This document shows, in pieces, positions 1-9,143 of a DNA stretch of 64,000 nt. Position numbers and translations under genes: made by a program. Location of the stretch: contig JAGTJX010000001.1 of the NCBI GenBank assembly GCA_023657465.1, forward strand, positions 460,358-524,357. Direction: 5' to 3'. The notes below the pieces were generated by a model that saw only the letters and a list, made by a program, of their open reading frames with translations, had not been told where the DNA came from and made no database searches. This stretch comes from Lysobacteraceae bacterium (lineage in GTDB: Bacteria; Bdellovibrionota; UBA1018; JAGTJX01). Position 1 is the stretch's first letter, and each line of letters starts with the position of its first letter.

Positions 1-4
1 CATC

Positions 5-1462
5 ATGGAAATCGCGGATTTTTCAGCAGCAACTGACACCATCATCATCAGCGATCTCCATTTAGCAGATGCTGAACCTCCACACCCTAGGAACCCACTT
101 TGGAAGCGCTTCAAAAGAAAAAAATATTTCATTGATCGCAGCTTCAAAGACTTTCTTGAAGAAATTCAAAAGAAAACTCAAAACAAATTAGAACTAATTT
201 TAAATGGTGATATTTTCGACTTCGATTCGGTCACTGAAATTCCTCCGAAGAAGAGACCTTTCCGTGTGAATTGGCTAGAAAAGAAATGTGGTCTCAGCAG
301 TGAAGAAAAAAAATCACGATATAAAATATCAGTCATCTTAAGGGATCACGATGTCTGGATAGACGCACTCAGAGGTTTTATTCTCAACGGTAATCGAGTT
401 GTTTTTGTCATTGGAAATCATGATATGGAGCTCCATTGGCCAGGAGTTCAAGAAGATATTCTTCATACGCTTGATGTGCCTCAAGAGTTCAGGCAAAACG
501 TGCGTTTCTGTGAGTGGTTCTATATCAGTAACAAGGACACTTTGATCGAGCACGGTAATCAGTATGATGCGTACTGTGTGTGCTCTAATCCCGTCCATCC
601 ACTTGTGAGAGAGGGTTTCGGGGTTTTTGTAAGATTACCTTTTGGAAATTTAGCCGCGAGATACATGGTCAACAACATGGGTTTGATTAATCCTCACGTG
701 GAGTCAAACTACATCATGGGACTGGGTCAGTGGATGGTCTTCTTCTTCAAGTACTTCATCCGTGTGCAGCCACAGATTGCATGGACATGGTTTTGGACTT
801 CAGGAGTCACTCTATTCCTCTCGATCGGTGAAGGATTCCTTCCCGCTATCAAGGACCCGCTGACCACTGAGGCAAGAGTAGAATATATTGCTGCGAAGGC
901 GAATGCTGCTCCTTACATGGTGAGAGCGCTTCGTGAACTTCACGAACATCCTGCTGTTTTCAGTCCGATCAAAATCCTTCAAGAGCTCTGGCTAGATCGT
1001 GCTCTACTATTAGTGACACTTTTGTTTAGTAGTTTTTGGATTTTTAGTGTTTTGAATCTCATTACACCTCTTTCAATTTATTGGTTCATAGGGATCTTCT
1101 TGGTGTTTTTCCCATTTTTGATTTACTACGCGGCCTCTGTTAAGTCGGATGTCTATGCATTCCAAGACAAGGCAATCGAAAATATTCCGATTGCAGCGCA
1201 AATCACCAAAGTTCCTCGCGTAATTCATGGCCACACGCATAGACCCATTCACTCTGATGTTCAAGGAATCGAAGTTGCGAATACGGGTACTTGGTCTCCT
1301 GCGTTCAAAGATCCTAAGTGCATGGAGAAGTACAGTATCGAATGCTTCGCTTGGATTAGGCCTAAGGCTGATGGCTCTTCACGCGAAGTGAAGCTCATGG
1401 TGTGGAAAAACCATGGTTTTCACGAAATTTCTAAAGCAGCTACAGTCGAGGCACATAAATGA
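5..1462 (+). CDS. Membrane-anchored calcineurin-like metallophosphoesterase; the start may lie upstream of the window
   Basis: DLHLAD (motif I, DxH) and GNHD motifs; hydrophobic C-terminal segments; ATGA overlap with the downstream ilvA-like gene. Confidence 0.6.
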   Translation: MEIADFSAATDTIIISDLHLADAEPPHPRNPLWKRFKRKKYFIDRSFKDFLEEIQKKTQNKLELILNGDIFDFDSVTEIPPKKRPFRVNWLEKKCGLSSEEKKSRYKISVILRDHDVWIDALRGFILNGNRVVFVIGNHDMELHWPGVQEDILHTLDVPQEFRQNVRFCEWFYISNKDTLIEHGNQYDAYCVCSNPVHPLVREGFGVFVRLPFGNLAARYMVNNMGLINPHVESNYIMGLGQWMVFFFKYFIRVQPQIAWTWFWTSGVTLFLSIGEGFLPAIKDPLTTEARVEYIAAKANAAPYMVRALRELHEHPAVFSPIKILQELWLDRALLLVTLLFSSFWIFSVLNLITPLSIYWFIGIFLVFFPFLIYYAASVKSDVYAFQDKAIENIPIAAQITKVPRVIHGHTHRPIHSDVQGIEVANTGTWSPAFKDPKCMEKYSIECFAWIRPKADGSSREVKLMVWKNHGFHEISKAATVEAHK

Positions 1463-2679
1463 AAAAAACCTGGGACGTATCTCTCACTGACATTCAAGCG
1501 GCAAAACAAGAGCTCTCTCATTTCATTCAGCATACACCTCTACTCTACAATTCTTGGTTATCAGAGGAATACGGTTGTGAAATCTATCTCAAGCTAGAAA
1601 ATATGCAGCCCATTGGTTCGTTTAAGATCAGAGGTGCAACTTACAAGATTGCTTCTCTCACGAAGGAAGAAAAAAAACGTGGAGTCATAGCTGCAAGTGC
1701 TGGCAATCACGCACAAGGTGTTGCTTGGGGTGCACAGAAGTTAGGGGTGAAAGCAACTATCGTCATGCCTGAGACTGCAGCATTGACAAAAGTACAGAAT
1801 ACGAAAGCACTCGGAGCAGAAGTCGTTCTTCATGGGAAGAATTACGATGAAGCTTATGCAGAGACAGTGAGACTGGCTAAGAAATCGAAGAAAGTCATGA
1901 TTCACGCGTTTGAAGATCCGCTCGTTGTTGCAGGTCAAGGGACAGTGGGCATTGAGATTATGGAGCAACTTCCTGATGCGGATTGGATCGTAGGATCTAT
2001 CGGTGGTGGAGGATTACTTGCAGGATTGGGTATTGCAGTGAAGGCATTGAGCCTCAGGACCAAGATTCTGGGCTGCCAAGCAAAGGGTGCTTCTGCGATG
2101 GTTCAGTCGATGAAGTCAGGCAAAATTGTCGTCTCTGAAAAGACTCAGACTTTTGCTGATGGAATTGCAGTTAAGCGTGCTTCACCTCAAATGAGAAAAT
2201 TACTCAAGCGCGTGATTACTAAAACAGCTCTTCAAGACGATGAAGCAATTGCAGGTGCTGTGTTGACCTTGCTCGAAAAGGCCAAAGTCATAGCCGAAGG
2301 TGCAGCAGCCATCTCGCTTGCATGCCTGGGTCAGATCAGAAATGAGATCAAGGGCAAGAAAGTCGTTCTCCTCATCTGTGGTGGAAATATCGATGTGAAT
2401 ATACTTTCAAGAATTATCGACCGTGGTCTTATTAAGACTGGTCGTAGGATTAGGCTCAATGTCTGGATACCCGATATCCCTGGTTCTCTCTCCAAGCTCA
2501 CGGAGTGGGTAGGCCAAGCTGGCGCTAATATCCTCCAGGCTATCCATGATCGCGATCTACCCTCTACTCGCATGAATGAGACCGAGGTTGATCTGACCCT
2601 AGAAACCAGGGGAATTGACCATGCTAAGCAGGTTATCGCCTCTCTTAAGGCTCACGGAGTCACTGTTAAAGAGCTGTAA
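1459..2679 (+). CDS. ilvA: Threonine dehydratase (threonine ammonia-lyase), PLP-dependent, with one C-terminal ACT-like regulatory domain
   Basis: SFKIRGA PLP-lysine motif, GGGGL glycine loop, about 400 aa with a C-terminal regulatory domain; start overlaps the upstream stop (ATGA). Confidence 0.85.
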   Translation: MKKTWDVSLTDIQAAKQELSHFIQHTPLLYNSWLSEEYGCEIYLKLENMQPIGSFKIRGATYKIASLTKEEKKRGVIAASAGNHAQGVAWGAQKLGVKATIVMPETAALTKVQNTKALGAEVVLHGKNYDEAYAETVRLAKKSKKVMIHAFEDPLVVAGQGTVGIEIMEQLPDADWIVGSIGGGGLLAGLGIAVKALSLRTKILGCQAKGASAMVQSMKSGKIVVSEKTQTFADGIAVKRASPQMRKLLKRVITKTALQDDEAIAGAVLTLLEKAKVIAEGAAAISLACLGQIRNEIKGKKVVLLICGGNIDVNILSRIIDRGLIKTGRRIRLNVWIPDIPGSLSKLTEWVGQAGANILQAIHDRDLPSTRMNETEVDLTLETRGIDHAKQVIASLKAHGVTVKEL

Positions 2680-3058
2680 GTATTTGATATTATTAATAAA
2701 TAAAAATAAACAGTGTTAGAAAACTAACAGATTGTATTTACGACCATTTCTGTCAACAATTAGAGAATGAAGGCTCCCCACTGGATCATAGCTGCCATTC
2801 TCACCTTAATCAGCGCAACTCAGTTTGCGCATTCAGGCCCCTTAAAATCATATAAAGAATCAGGCGCCAAACGTAATATAGCCTCATCCTTTAGCAGGTA
2901 CAGTCACACACCAATAAGACAGGATTCTACAAGAGTGGAGCGGCGTCGGATGTCTAGTCCAGCCAATCGTAGTAATATCGGCAACTCCACTCGGTCAGTA
3001 TTCTAGTCACTTTTTCCCCTACATAGACAATAGATAAACTCTCAGATATACAGATCCT

Positions 3059-3220
3059 ATGTTTGGACTATCTGCAGGACATCTGCTTATTTTGTTTTTT
3101 GTGATTCTTCTCTTCGGCGGTCGTAGACTGCCCGAATTAGCTACAGCGCTAGGTAAAGGAATCCGTGGATTCAAAGACGGTCTAAATGGCAAAGACAACG
3201 ATCAGTTGCCGAGAGCTTAA
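3059..3220 (+). CDS. tatA: Twin-arginine translocase subunit TatA/E (53 aa, absent from the ORF track because it is under 60 aa)
   Basis: ATG 3059 to TAA 3218-3220 encodes MFGLSAGHLLILFFVILLFGGRRLPELATALGKGIRGFKDGLNG...; N-terminal TM helix, hinge, then amphipathic LGKGIRGFK helix typical of TatA/E. Confidence 0.75.
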   Translation: MFGLSAGHLLILFFVILLFGGRRLPELATALGKGIRGFKDGLNGKDNDQLPRA

Positions 3221-3223
3221 GAA

Positions 3224-3739
3224 TTAAACATCCAAATAAAACGTTTCTCTATCGTCGTTATATCCGAATAATTCCGCGTAACGTCCCCAGTTTACAATCG
3301 TGCTGAAGGAATGTTCTGCGTTCTGGTTGGGAAGAAGTTCTGCGAGAACATCGAGGACTTCCCCACGAGGAGCTTCGCGCTCTTCCTTGGTGTTCAAGAA
3401 GTCAGAGACTTTTTTGAACACGGCGATCCCCGCGATCTGATCTTTGATCAGAGATTTTCTGTGTGAGATTTTTGCTTTAGAGATTTTGTCTCCCATGTCT
3501 TCTAGAACCACGTCACCACCTGGAGTGTGAACAAGTTTCAGAATTTCCGCAGCGCGGATGACGGAGAGAACGTGACCGAATTCCATATTGAGTTCAGCGG
3601 CGAGTTTGTAAATGTCTTCTTTGCCGCCTTTGCCTTTGAGTAGCTCGACTAATCCTAAGATTTCACTGATACCGATTTCAGGCATACCCTGCTGCTCGAT
3701 AGAGATTGTACTCGGAGGTTTTGAATCATTGTTTTCCAT
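3224..3739 (-). CDS. Stand-alone AAA-associated-domain-like protein of NitT/TauT ABC transporters (hypothetical)
   Basis: Lies directly downstream of the ABC ATPase on the same strand; sequence resembles the C-terminal extension often fused to nitrate/sulfonate/bicarbonate ABC ATPases; no catalytic motifs. Confidence 0.4.
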   Translation of the reverse strand: MENNDSKPPSTISIEQQGMPEIGISEILGLVELLKGKGGKEDIYKLAAELNMEFGHVLSVIRAAEILKLVHTPGGDVVLEDMGDKISKAKISHRKSLIKDQIAGIAVFKKVSDFLNTKEEREAPRGEVLDVLAELLPNQNAEHSFSTIVNWGRYAELFGYNDDRETFYLDV

Positions 3740-3753
3740 ATTTTTTCCTTATC

Positions 3754-4518
3754 TTACGCAATCAACGAGAAGACCTTATCGACCATCTCAATAAATGCAG
3801 GATCTCGTTTGTCTCGAGGTCTAGGTAAATCCACCTTGAGATCCGCTGCTATAATTCCCGGTTTCCTCGATAAAATTAAAATTCTGTCTGCAAGTTCGAG
3901 TGCCTCTTCAATCATGTGAGTGACCATGACGACTGTATTGAGGAGATTGTCTCTGTCTGACCAGATGTCCAGTAACTCATCTCGCAAGTTGATGGAGGTG
4001 AGAACATCGAGTGATGAGAATGGCTCGTCCATCAAGATGACTTCAGGTTCGACTGCGAGTGCGCGCGCCAAACCTACACGTTGCTTCATGCCACCCGAGA
4101 GCTCACGCGGATAAGCTTCCTCGTGACCGTCGAGACCTACTTTGCCGATATAATACTCAACACGTTTACGGCGTGCATTTGGATCAGACATCCTGGTTTC
4201 AAGCCCTAGCTCGATGTTCTGGAAAACAGTGAGCCAAGGAAGTAGTGCGAAATTCTGAAAAACCATCGCTGTTTCTAAATTGATCGCGTGCTGAGGTTTT
4301 CCCTTATAGAGAACTGTTCCGGATGAAGGAGGAAGCAAACCATTGATGAGGCGGAGGAGCGTACTCTTACCTGCGCCAGATGGACCTACAATCGCAATGA
4401 ACTCTCCTTCTTGTGCCGAAAATGTCACATCATCAAGGACAGTGAGATCCCCTTGAGGGAGCTTGAACCTCTGCGTGACATGTTGGAATTCAAAGAGTGG
4501 GGTTGTTGTTATCGACAT
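3754..4518 (-). CDS. ABC transporter ATP-binding protein, NitT/TauT (sulfonate/nitrate/taurine) family
   Basis: Walker A GPSGAGKST, ABC signature LSGGMKQRVGLARAL, Walker B ILMDEPFSSLD, H-loop. Confidence 0.9.
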   Translation of the reverse strand: MSITTTPLFEFQHVTQRFKLPQGDLTVLDDVTFSAQEGEFIAIVGPSGAGKSTLLRLINGLLPPSSGTVLYKGKPQHAINLETAMVFQNFALLPWLTVFQNIELGLETRMSDPNARRKRVEYYIGKVGLDGHEEAYPRELSGGMKQRVGLARALAVEPEVILMDEPFSSLDVLTSINLRDELLDIWSDRDNLLNTVVMVTHMIEEALELADRILILSRKPGIIAADLKVDLPRPRDKRDPAFIEMVDKVFSLIA

Positions 4519-4525
4519 TTAAAAC

Positions 4526-6283
4526 TTATCCATCGAATTTATAGCGTTCCAGAGAGCCGTGGTAAAGAGGCTTCCATAACAATGTATTAATTAAAACGAT
4601 CCACAAAATAAGTGAAAAAATACAATAGGTTATCGTGCGAGTGTCGCCAGATTTATACACCGCATTGTTAATGAGGGCTCCAATACCGTACACTTCAAGC
4701 AATTCACTTTTGAAGTTGATGTACTCAGACACTACGAGTGCATTCCACCCTCCACCCCATGCAGTGATCGCTCCTGTGATGAGCGCGGGTCGTGAAGCAG
4801 GGAGTACAAGACGTTTCCAGGTTTGAAGTTTGGTTAAACCCATCGATCGAGTGGCATCTGCAATATCTGCAGGAATTGCCATTGATCCGCCGAGAGAATT
4901 AAACAAGATGTACCATTGCATTCCCGTGATGAGCAGAATGATGGATGAGACTTCCATGCCTCCGCCAAACTTCCTTACGCCGATGAGGATGATGAGAGGA
5001 AAGAGTGCAGTCGCAGGTAAAGATGCGCCAATCTGTGCGATCGTGAGGAGATAGCCGCGAATTTTGGGTTTGTCCCAAACCATGAGAGTCACAGGTACGA
5101 TCCATAGTAGCGAAATCACAAGAGCAATCACTACACGGAGAGTAGAAACCAATATCGCTCCGGGAATATCTTTCAATATAGATGGATAGGGAGGAGTGAG
5201 GAGTTGAATGGAGAGTTGCACGAGGAGTATGACGAAGTGAACGAAGAGAAAGGTGAGAGCGCCGTAGCTGATGATCTTCGTGGATCTCGTCACAGCCTTG
5301 GGACCATTGATCCAGAGATAGTGAGGAAGATCCCAAATCAGTGGCAGAATTATTTCTTCAAAAATCCAAACGACTGGAGAGAAGAATGCGCGGATCAGTT
5401 TGTTTGCATAAAGCTGAATCGGAGTGATCGATGCTAGGAAGAATCCTGGAATCGGTAAGTTTAGATGTGTGTTTTCATGAAGTTGTTCAGAGCTATTGCT
5501 ATCGTGTTTGAATCTCAGAGCCCATTGAGATGCAGGTCGCCAAATCATGTAGTCCATGAGCAGGACAAGAGAGATGAGTGCTGCCAATCCCCAGAGAATA
5601 AGCCTGATATCGTCTTGTTCAGCAGCACGAGAGAGGAAGTTTCCGATACCGGGAAGTTGATATTTCACTCGTCCTACAGCGATGATTTCACATGCAACTA
5701 AGAAGAACCAACCGTTCGACCAAGAAAGAATACTATTGTAGACAAGTCTAGGCACAGAAGCAGGAGCGAATAATCTCCAGAACCTTAAACTTCCGGTCAC
5801 ACCGAATGAATCGATGACTTCTTGTTGCTCTGATGGAATAGCCTTCACTGATTCATATACTGCAAACGCCATGTTCCAAGCTTGGCTCGTGAATATGAGG
5901 AAGGTAGCAGCCATCTCTACTCCGAGTCTATGTCCTTGAGTGATCCCGATGAACATTGCAATCGCAGCAGGAAAGAACGTAACGACCGGCATTGATTGAA
6001 AAATATCGAGCATGGGAAGAATGATTCTCTCACCCCACTTCGATCGCGCAGCCGTGAGTCCGAAGAAGTAGGCGAAGATCAAAGAAGCCAAATACGAAAT
6101 CACCATTCGAAAGAAAGAAAGTGCAAGCTCAGACGGCAATTCTTTGATGGTCACGTTCTCTGCGGTGAGTTCAGTGAGGTGAACTCCACCATGATACAAA
6201 ATTTGAATGATGCCAAAAACCGCACCCAGCAGTAGAATATAAATCAGGCTAGTCTGAATTTTTGATACCTGGGGGGATTGCAT
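4526..6283 (-). CDS. ABC transporter permease with two fused permease domains (NitT/TauT family)
   Basis: 585 aa, about 12 predicted TM segments in two homologous halves; sits immediately upstream of the ATPase. Confidence 0.8.
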   Translation of the reverse strand: MQSPQVSKIQTSLIYILLLGAVFGIIQILYHGGVHLTELTAENVTIKELPSELALSFFRMVISYLASLIFAYFFGLTAARSKWGERIILPMLDIFQSMPVVTFFPAAIAMFIGITQGHRLGVEMAATFLIFTSQAWNMAFAVYESVKAIPSEQQEVIDSFGVTGSLRFWRLFAPASVPRLVYNSILSWSNGWFFLVACEIIAVGRVKYQLPGIGNFLSRAAEQDDIRLILWGLAALISLVLLMDYMIWRPASQWALRFKHDSNSSEQLHENTHLNLPIPGFFLASITPIQLYANKLIRAFFSPVVWIFEEIILPLIWDLPHYLWINGPKAVTRSTKIISYGALTFLFVHFVILLVQLSIQLLTPPYPSILKDIPGAILVSTLRVVIALVISLLWIVPVTLMVWDKPKIRGYLLTIAQIGASLPATALFPLIILIGVRKFGGGMEVSSIILLITGMQWYILFNSLGGSMAIPADIADATRSMGLTKLQTWKRLVLPASRPALITGAITAWGGGWNALVVSEYINFKSELLEVYGIGALINNAVYKSGDTRTITYCIFSLILWIVLINTLLWKPLYHGSLERYKFDG

Positions 6284-6289
6284 TGAATA

Positions 6290-6933
6290 TGTATCTCATT
6301 ACTGCGTTGATTTCTCTAGCTCAAAGCTTTTCTGCAACCTTTCAAAACATCTCTCAAAAAGAATTTTTTTCGCAAGTTCCCGTGGTCGTCAGAGCCGTAG
6401 CAAAAAGATCAGAAGCCAAATGGGCAAATGACGAAAAATTGAATCGAAAAATTTTTACTTACACGGATTTTGAAGTCATTGAAGAACTCAAGGGTAAGAC
6501 CGAGTCCAACCGAATCACCGTGCGTGAACTCGGAGGTGAGATGGATGGAGTGGGTCTTCAGGTTCCAGGAGCTGCGAATTTTGAATCAGATAAGGAGTAT
6601 GTGGTCTCACTTGCGGCATCCAGTGATGAGGGAATCTACCGTGTGGTCTCGCTCAGCGCTGGGGTTCTCGAAGTAGAAAACCACGCAGGGCAGCTTACAG
6701 TTAAAGGTGTACTAACGAGTCAAAATCCCGTCAGTTATGAGAAAACTCGCGACATCATCAAAAATAATTCTAAGCCCACTCAAGAACCTATAACCAAAAA
6801 GGAAGTAGCCCAGCAGCCCGAAAAAAAAACTCTCGAAGACCTTCCTCCCGTCAATCATTCCACTGGCATATGGATTTTATTTGGGATCATAATTATAGGT
6901 GCGGGAACATGGATGATCACCCGCAAAAAATAG
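6290..6933 (+). CDS. Hypothetical exported protein with a C-terminal TM anchor followed by RKK
   Basis: Hydrophobic N-terminus; C-terminus ...GIWILFGIIIIGAGTWMITRKK; first gene of a three-gene unit with the metzincin; start uncertain (TTG 6262 or ATG 6290). Confidence 0.4.
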
Positions 6934-6951
6934 TCTCACGGATGAGGCAAT

Positions 6952-8595
6952 ATGATTATTGGACTGTTCATACTCTTAGGGATTCTCCCAAACCTCTCTC
7001 AAGCCTATATTAAAACACGTGCTTCAAACGGCAATGTGATCAAATGGTCGCTTCCTAAAAAGATCAGCTACTTTGGCAATTCAGTGAATAATTCCGGTCT
7101 CTCTTCAACTGATGTTTTCAATTCTATTGTGAGAGGACTTGAGACTTGGAAGGAAGCCACTGGTGGATTATTTAATTTTGAATATACGCAAGGAACAGAC
7201 GGTGCCACTTATTTTAAAAACAGTGATTACAACCAGAAAAACACGATTTACTTCGGAGACCTTGATCCAGGAGTGATCGGCATGACTCAACTTTGGTTCA
7301 ATAACGGAACAGGTGAGATGTTAGAGACAGACATCCAGCTCAATGATGTTGATTTTTATTTCACAGAGAATCCTGCAGATACCACTTCTACATCTGGAAA
7401 TGTGAACGGTCGCAGAAAAGTTTATATCAACAACGTTCTCACTCATGAAATGGGACATGCAGTGGGGCTCTCACACGAAGAGGGATTGCACTCAACAATG
7501 TTCTATCAGGAATTCTATAACCAACATCAGATCTCTTGTGACGAGAGAGCTGGCGCTCAATCTCACTATCCAAATATTCCGGGGTCTTCTGCGATCTCAG
7601 GAAAAATCCTTGCTCCAAGTGGTTCTCCCCTATTCGGTGTACATGTCATAGCAATTTCGCATGCTCGTGGTTCTCCACTTTCGTCTGCTCTCAGTGACAA
7701 AGACGGAACATTCGCTCTCGAAGGATTAGAGGCTGGAAATTACTCAATACTTTTTGAGCCCTACTATCCAGGTGCTGCAAACCTTACTGCTTATTACTCA
7801 GGAATGAATCATGCGATTTGCAGTTCATCATTTTTTCCAAGACAGATGGACACAAGAACGTTTTCTGTGGGAGCAGGTGCAGTGACAGGGCTTGGGGATT
7901 TATCGATGAGTTGCGCTACCAATTTTATTGGAGTGAATTCAGGGACTCTCAACGATCTCTCTCATCCCATTGAACAAGGCGCACTTTCTGATGGAGCTTC
8001 TACAGTATGGTCAGGAGTTTTTAACACTCGTACAGAGTTGTTTTATGGATTCACTACCACGGGTGGAAACATCAGAGTTCATTCTCTCGCTAATACCTTC
8101 TACTCCTTCACTCAAGGTAGTGTTCAGCTTACTGATGATGTGGGTAATGTGATTGCGCCGTCAGTGAATCAGTATCCAAGATATTCTGTTGATGGATTCA
8201 CTAACTACGATCACTCGACTCAGTATGCGAATCTCCCTGCGGGTCATTATGTGTTGAGGATTAAACGTAACTCCGTACCTTCTCGAGAACTTGCGGGTGG
8301 TTCGCAGCTCTTAGACAACAAGCAATTTTTTATCGTAGCTCTCTCTCAAGATGTTGCGACGCCTTTGGCTTCGCATTACCCAGATAATGTCAAATGCCAA
8401 AAAGTATTACCACCCAGCTCGTACGTGAGCCCGACACCTCCAGCAGAGAAGCCCAAGGGTGGATGTGGATCGATCCAAGCAGTAGGAGGTTCAGATGGGG
8501 GTAGCAGTTGGACGAGCTTTGGAGCCCTTCTCCCTTACCTCTTGATGGGGTTAATGTTGAGATTCGGGCGAAGACGATTTAACCTATTTAAATGA
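6952..8595 (+). CDS. Secreted metzincin-type zinc metalloprotease (M10-like) with a CarboxypepD_reg-like domain and a C-terminal sorting-signal-like tail
   Basis: HEMGHAVGLSH = HExxHxxGxxH zinc site, Met-turn STMFY downstream, N-terminal signal peptide; tail GGCGS...GGSS-TM(ALLPYLLMGLML)-RFGRRRF. Confidence 0.8.
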   Translation: MIIGLFILLGILPNLSQAYIKTRASNGNVIKWSLPKKISYFGNSVNNSGLSSTDVFNSIVRGLETWKEATGGLFNFEYTQGTDGATYFKNSDYNQKNTIYFGDLDPGVIGMTQLWFNNGTGEMLETDIQLNDVDFYFTENPADTTSTSGNVNGRRKVYINNVLTHEMGHAVGLSHEEGLHSTMFYQEFYNQHQISCDERAGAQSHYPNIPGSSAISGKILAPSGSPLFGVHVIAISHARGSPLSSALSDKDGTFALEGLEAGNYSILFEPYYPGAANLTAYYSGMNHAICSSSFFPRQMDTRTFSVGAGAVTGLGDLSMSCATNFIGVNSGTLNDLSHPIEQGALSDGASTVWSGVFNTRTELFYGFTTTGGNIRVHSLANTFYSFTQGSVQLTDDVGNVIAPSVNQYPRYSVDGFTNYDHSTQYANLPAGHYVLRIKRNSVPSRELAGGSQLLDNKQFFIVALSQDVATPLASHYPDNVKCQKVLPPSSYVSPTPPAEKPKGGCGSIQAVGGSDGGSSWTSFGALLPYLLMGLMLRFGRRRFNLFK

Positions 8596-9110
8596 ATATC
8601 CAATTATTAGGTATAGTACTCGCGATCTCAATCAACTCTACTCACGCCATGGTTGCAGAAGGTGGCGGGGTTAATCCAGATAAGATTCACGCAGTAGATC
8701 TCAAGAAATCTCAATCCTATATTCGAGATGGGTTATTCGTAGGTGGAGACGCGCAAACGACAGATGTGAATTTGAAGGATATTCGTTTTGCTAAGAACAA
8801 GGAATACGAGCGATTGGTCATGGACTTCACAGGTAGTGCAGGACGATCTCCCTACTTCCAAGTTGATGTGAGCCCAGAGATGAGCAGACTTGTAGTGACG
8901 GTCTATGGAAAAGTGAAACTAGGATTCGAGCCCAAGCTCGTAGCTAAAGCGTTTGCTAAGAGCGCCTTTGTTGAGAGAATCGAACTCCTTCCTCAAATTG
9001 AGACAGATCGTTGGACCTACTCACTCACCCTTAAAGACTCAAAACGTCCTCAAGTTGAAGTGTTTGAACTCGGTGCGCCAACCCGAGCCATTATCGATCT
9101 AAAGCCCTGA
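8592..9110 (+). CDS. Hypothetical secreted protein
   Basis: Signal peptide MNIQLLGIVLAISINSTHA; ATGA overlap with the metalloprotease gene; no recognisable catalytic motif. Confidence 0.4.
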   Translation: MNIQLLGIVLAISINSTHAMVAEGGGVNPDKIHAVDLKKSQSYIRDGLFVGGDAQTTDVNLKDIRFAKNKEYERLVMDFTGSAGRSPYFQVDVSPEMSRLVVTVYGKVKLGFEPKLVAKAFAKSAFVERIELLPQIETDRWTYSLTLKDSKRPQVEVFELGAPTRAIIDLKP

Positions 9111-9143
9111 TCCCTAAGCGCTTTTAAAATAGCTTCTTGCCAA

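Noticed and set aside
2767-3006. 79-aa ORF between ilvA and tatA with a hydrophobic N-terminus.
   Set aside because: Weak RBS, odd composition for a protein, and no motif. It may instead be the promoter or leader region of tatA. Kept only as an observation.
6271-6276. G6/C6 tract at the divergent junction of the ABC permease and the 6290 gene.
   Set aside because: It lies within codons 2-4 of the permease (SPQ) and is short. No evidence of a regulatory role was seen beyond its presence.
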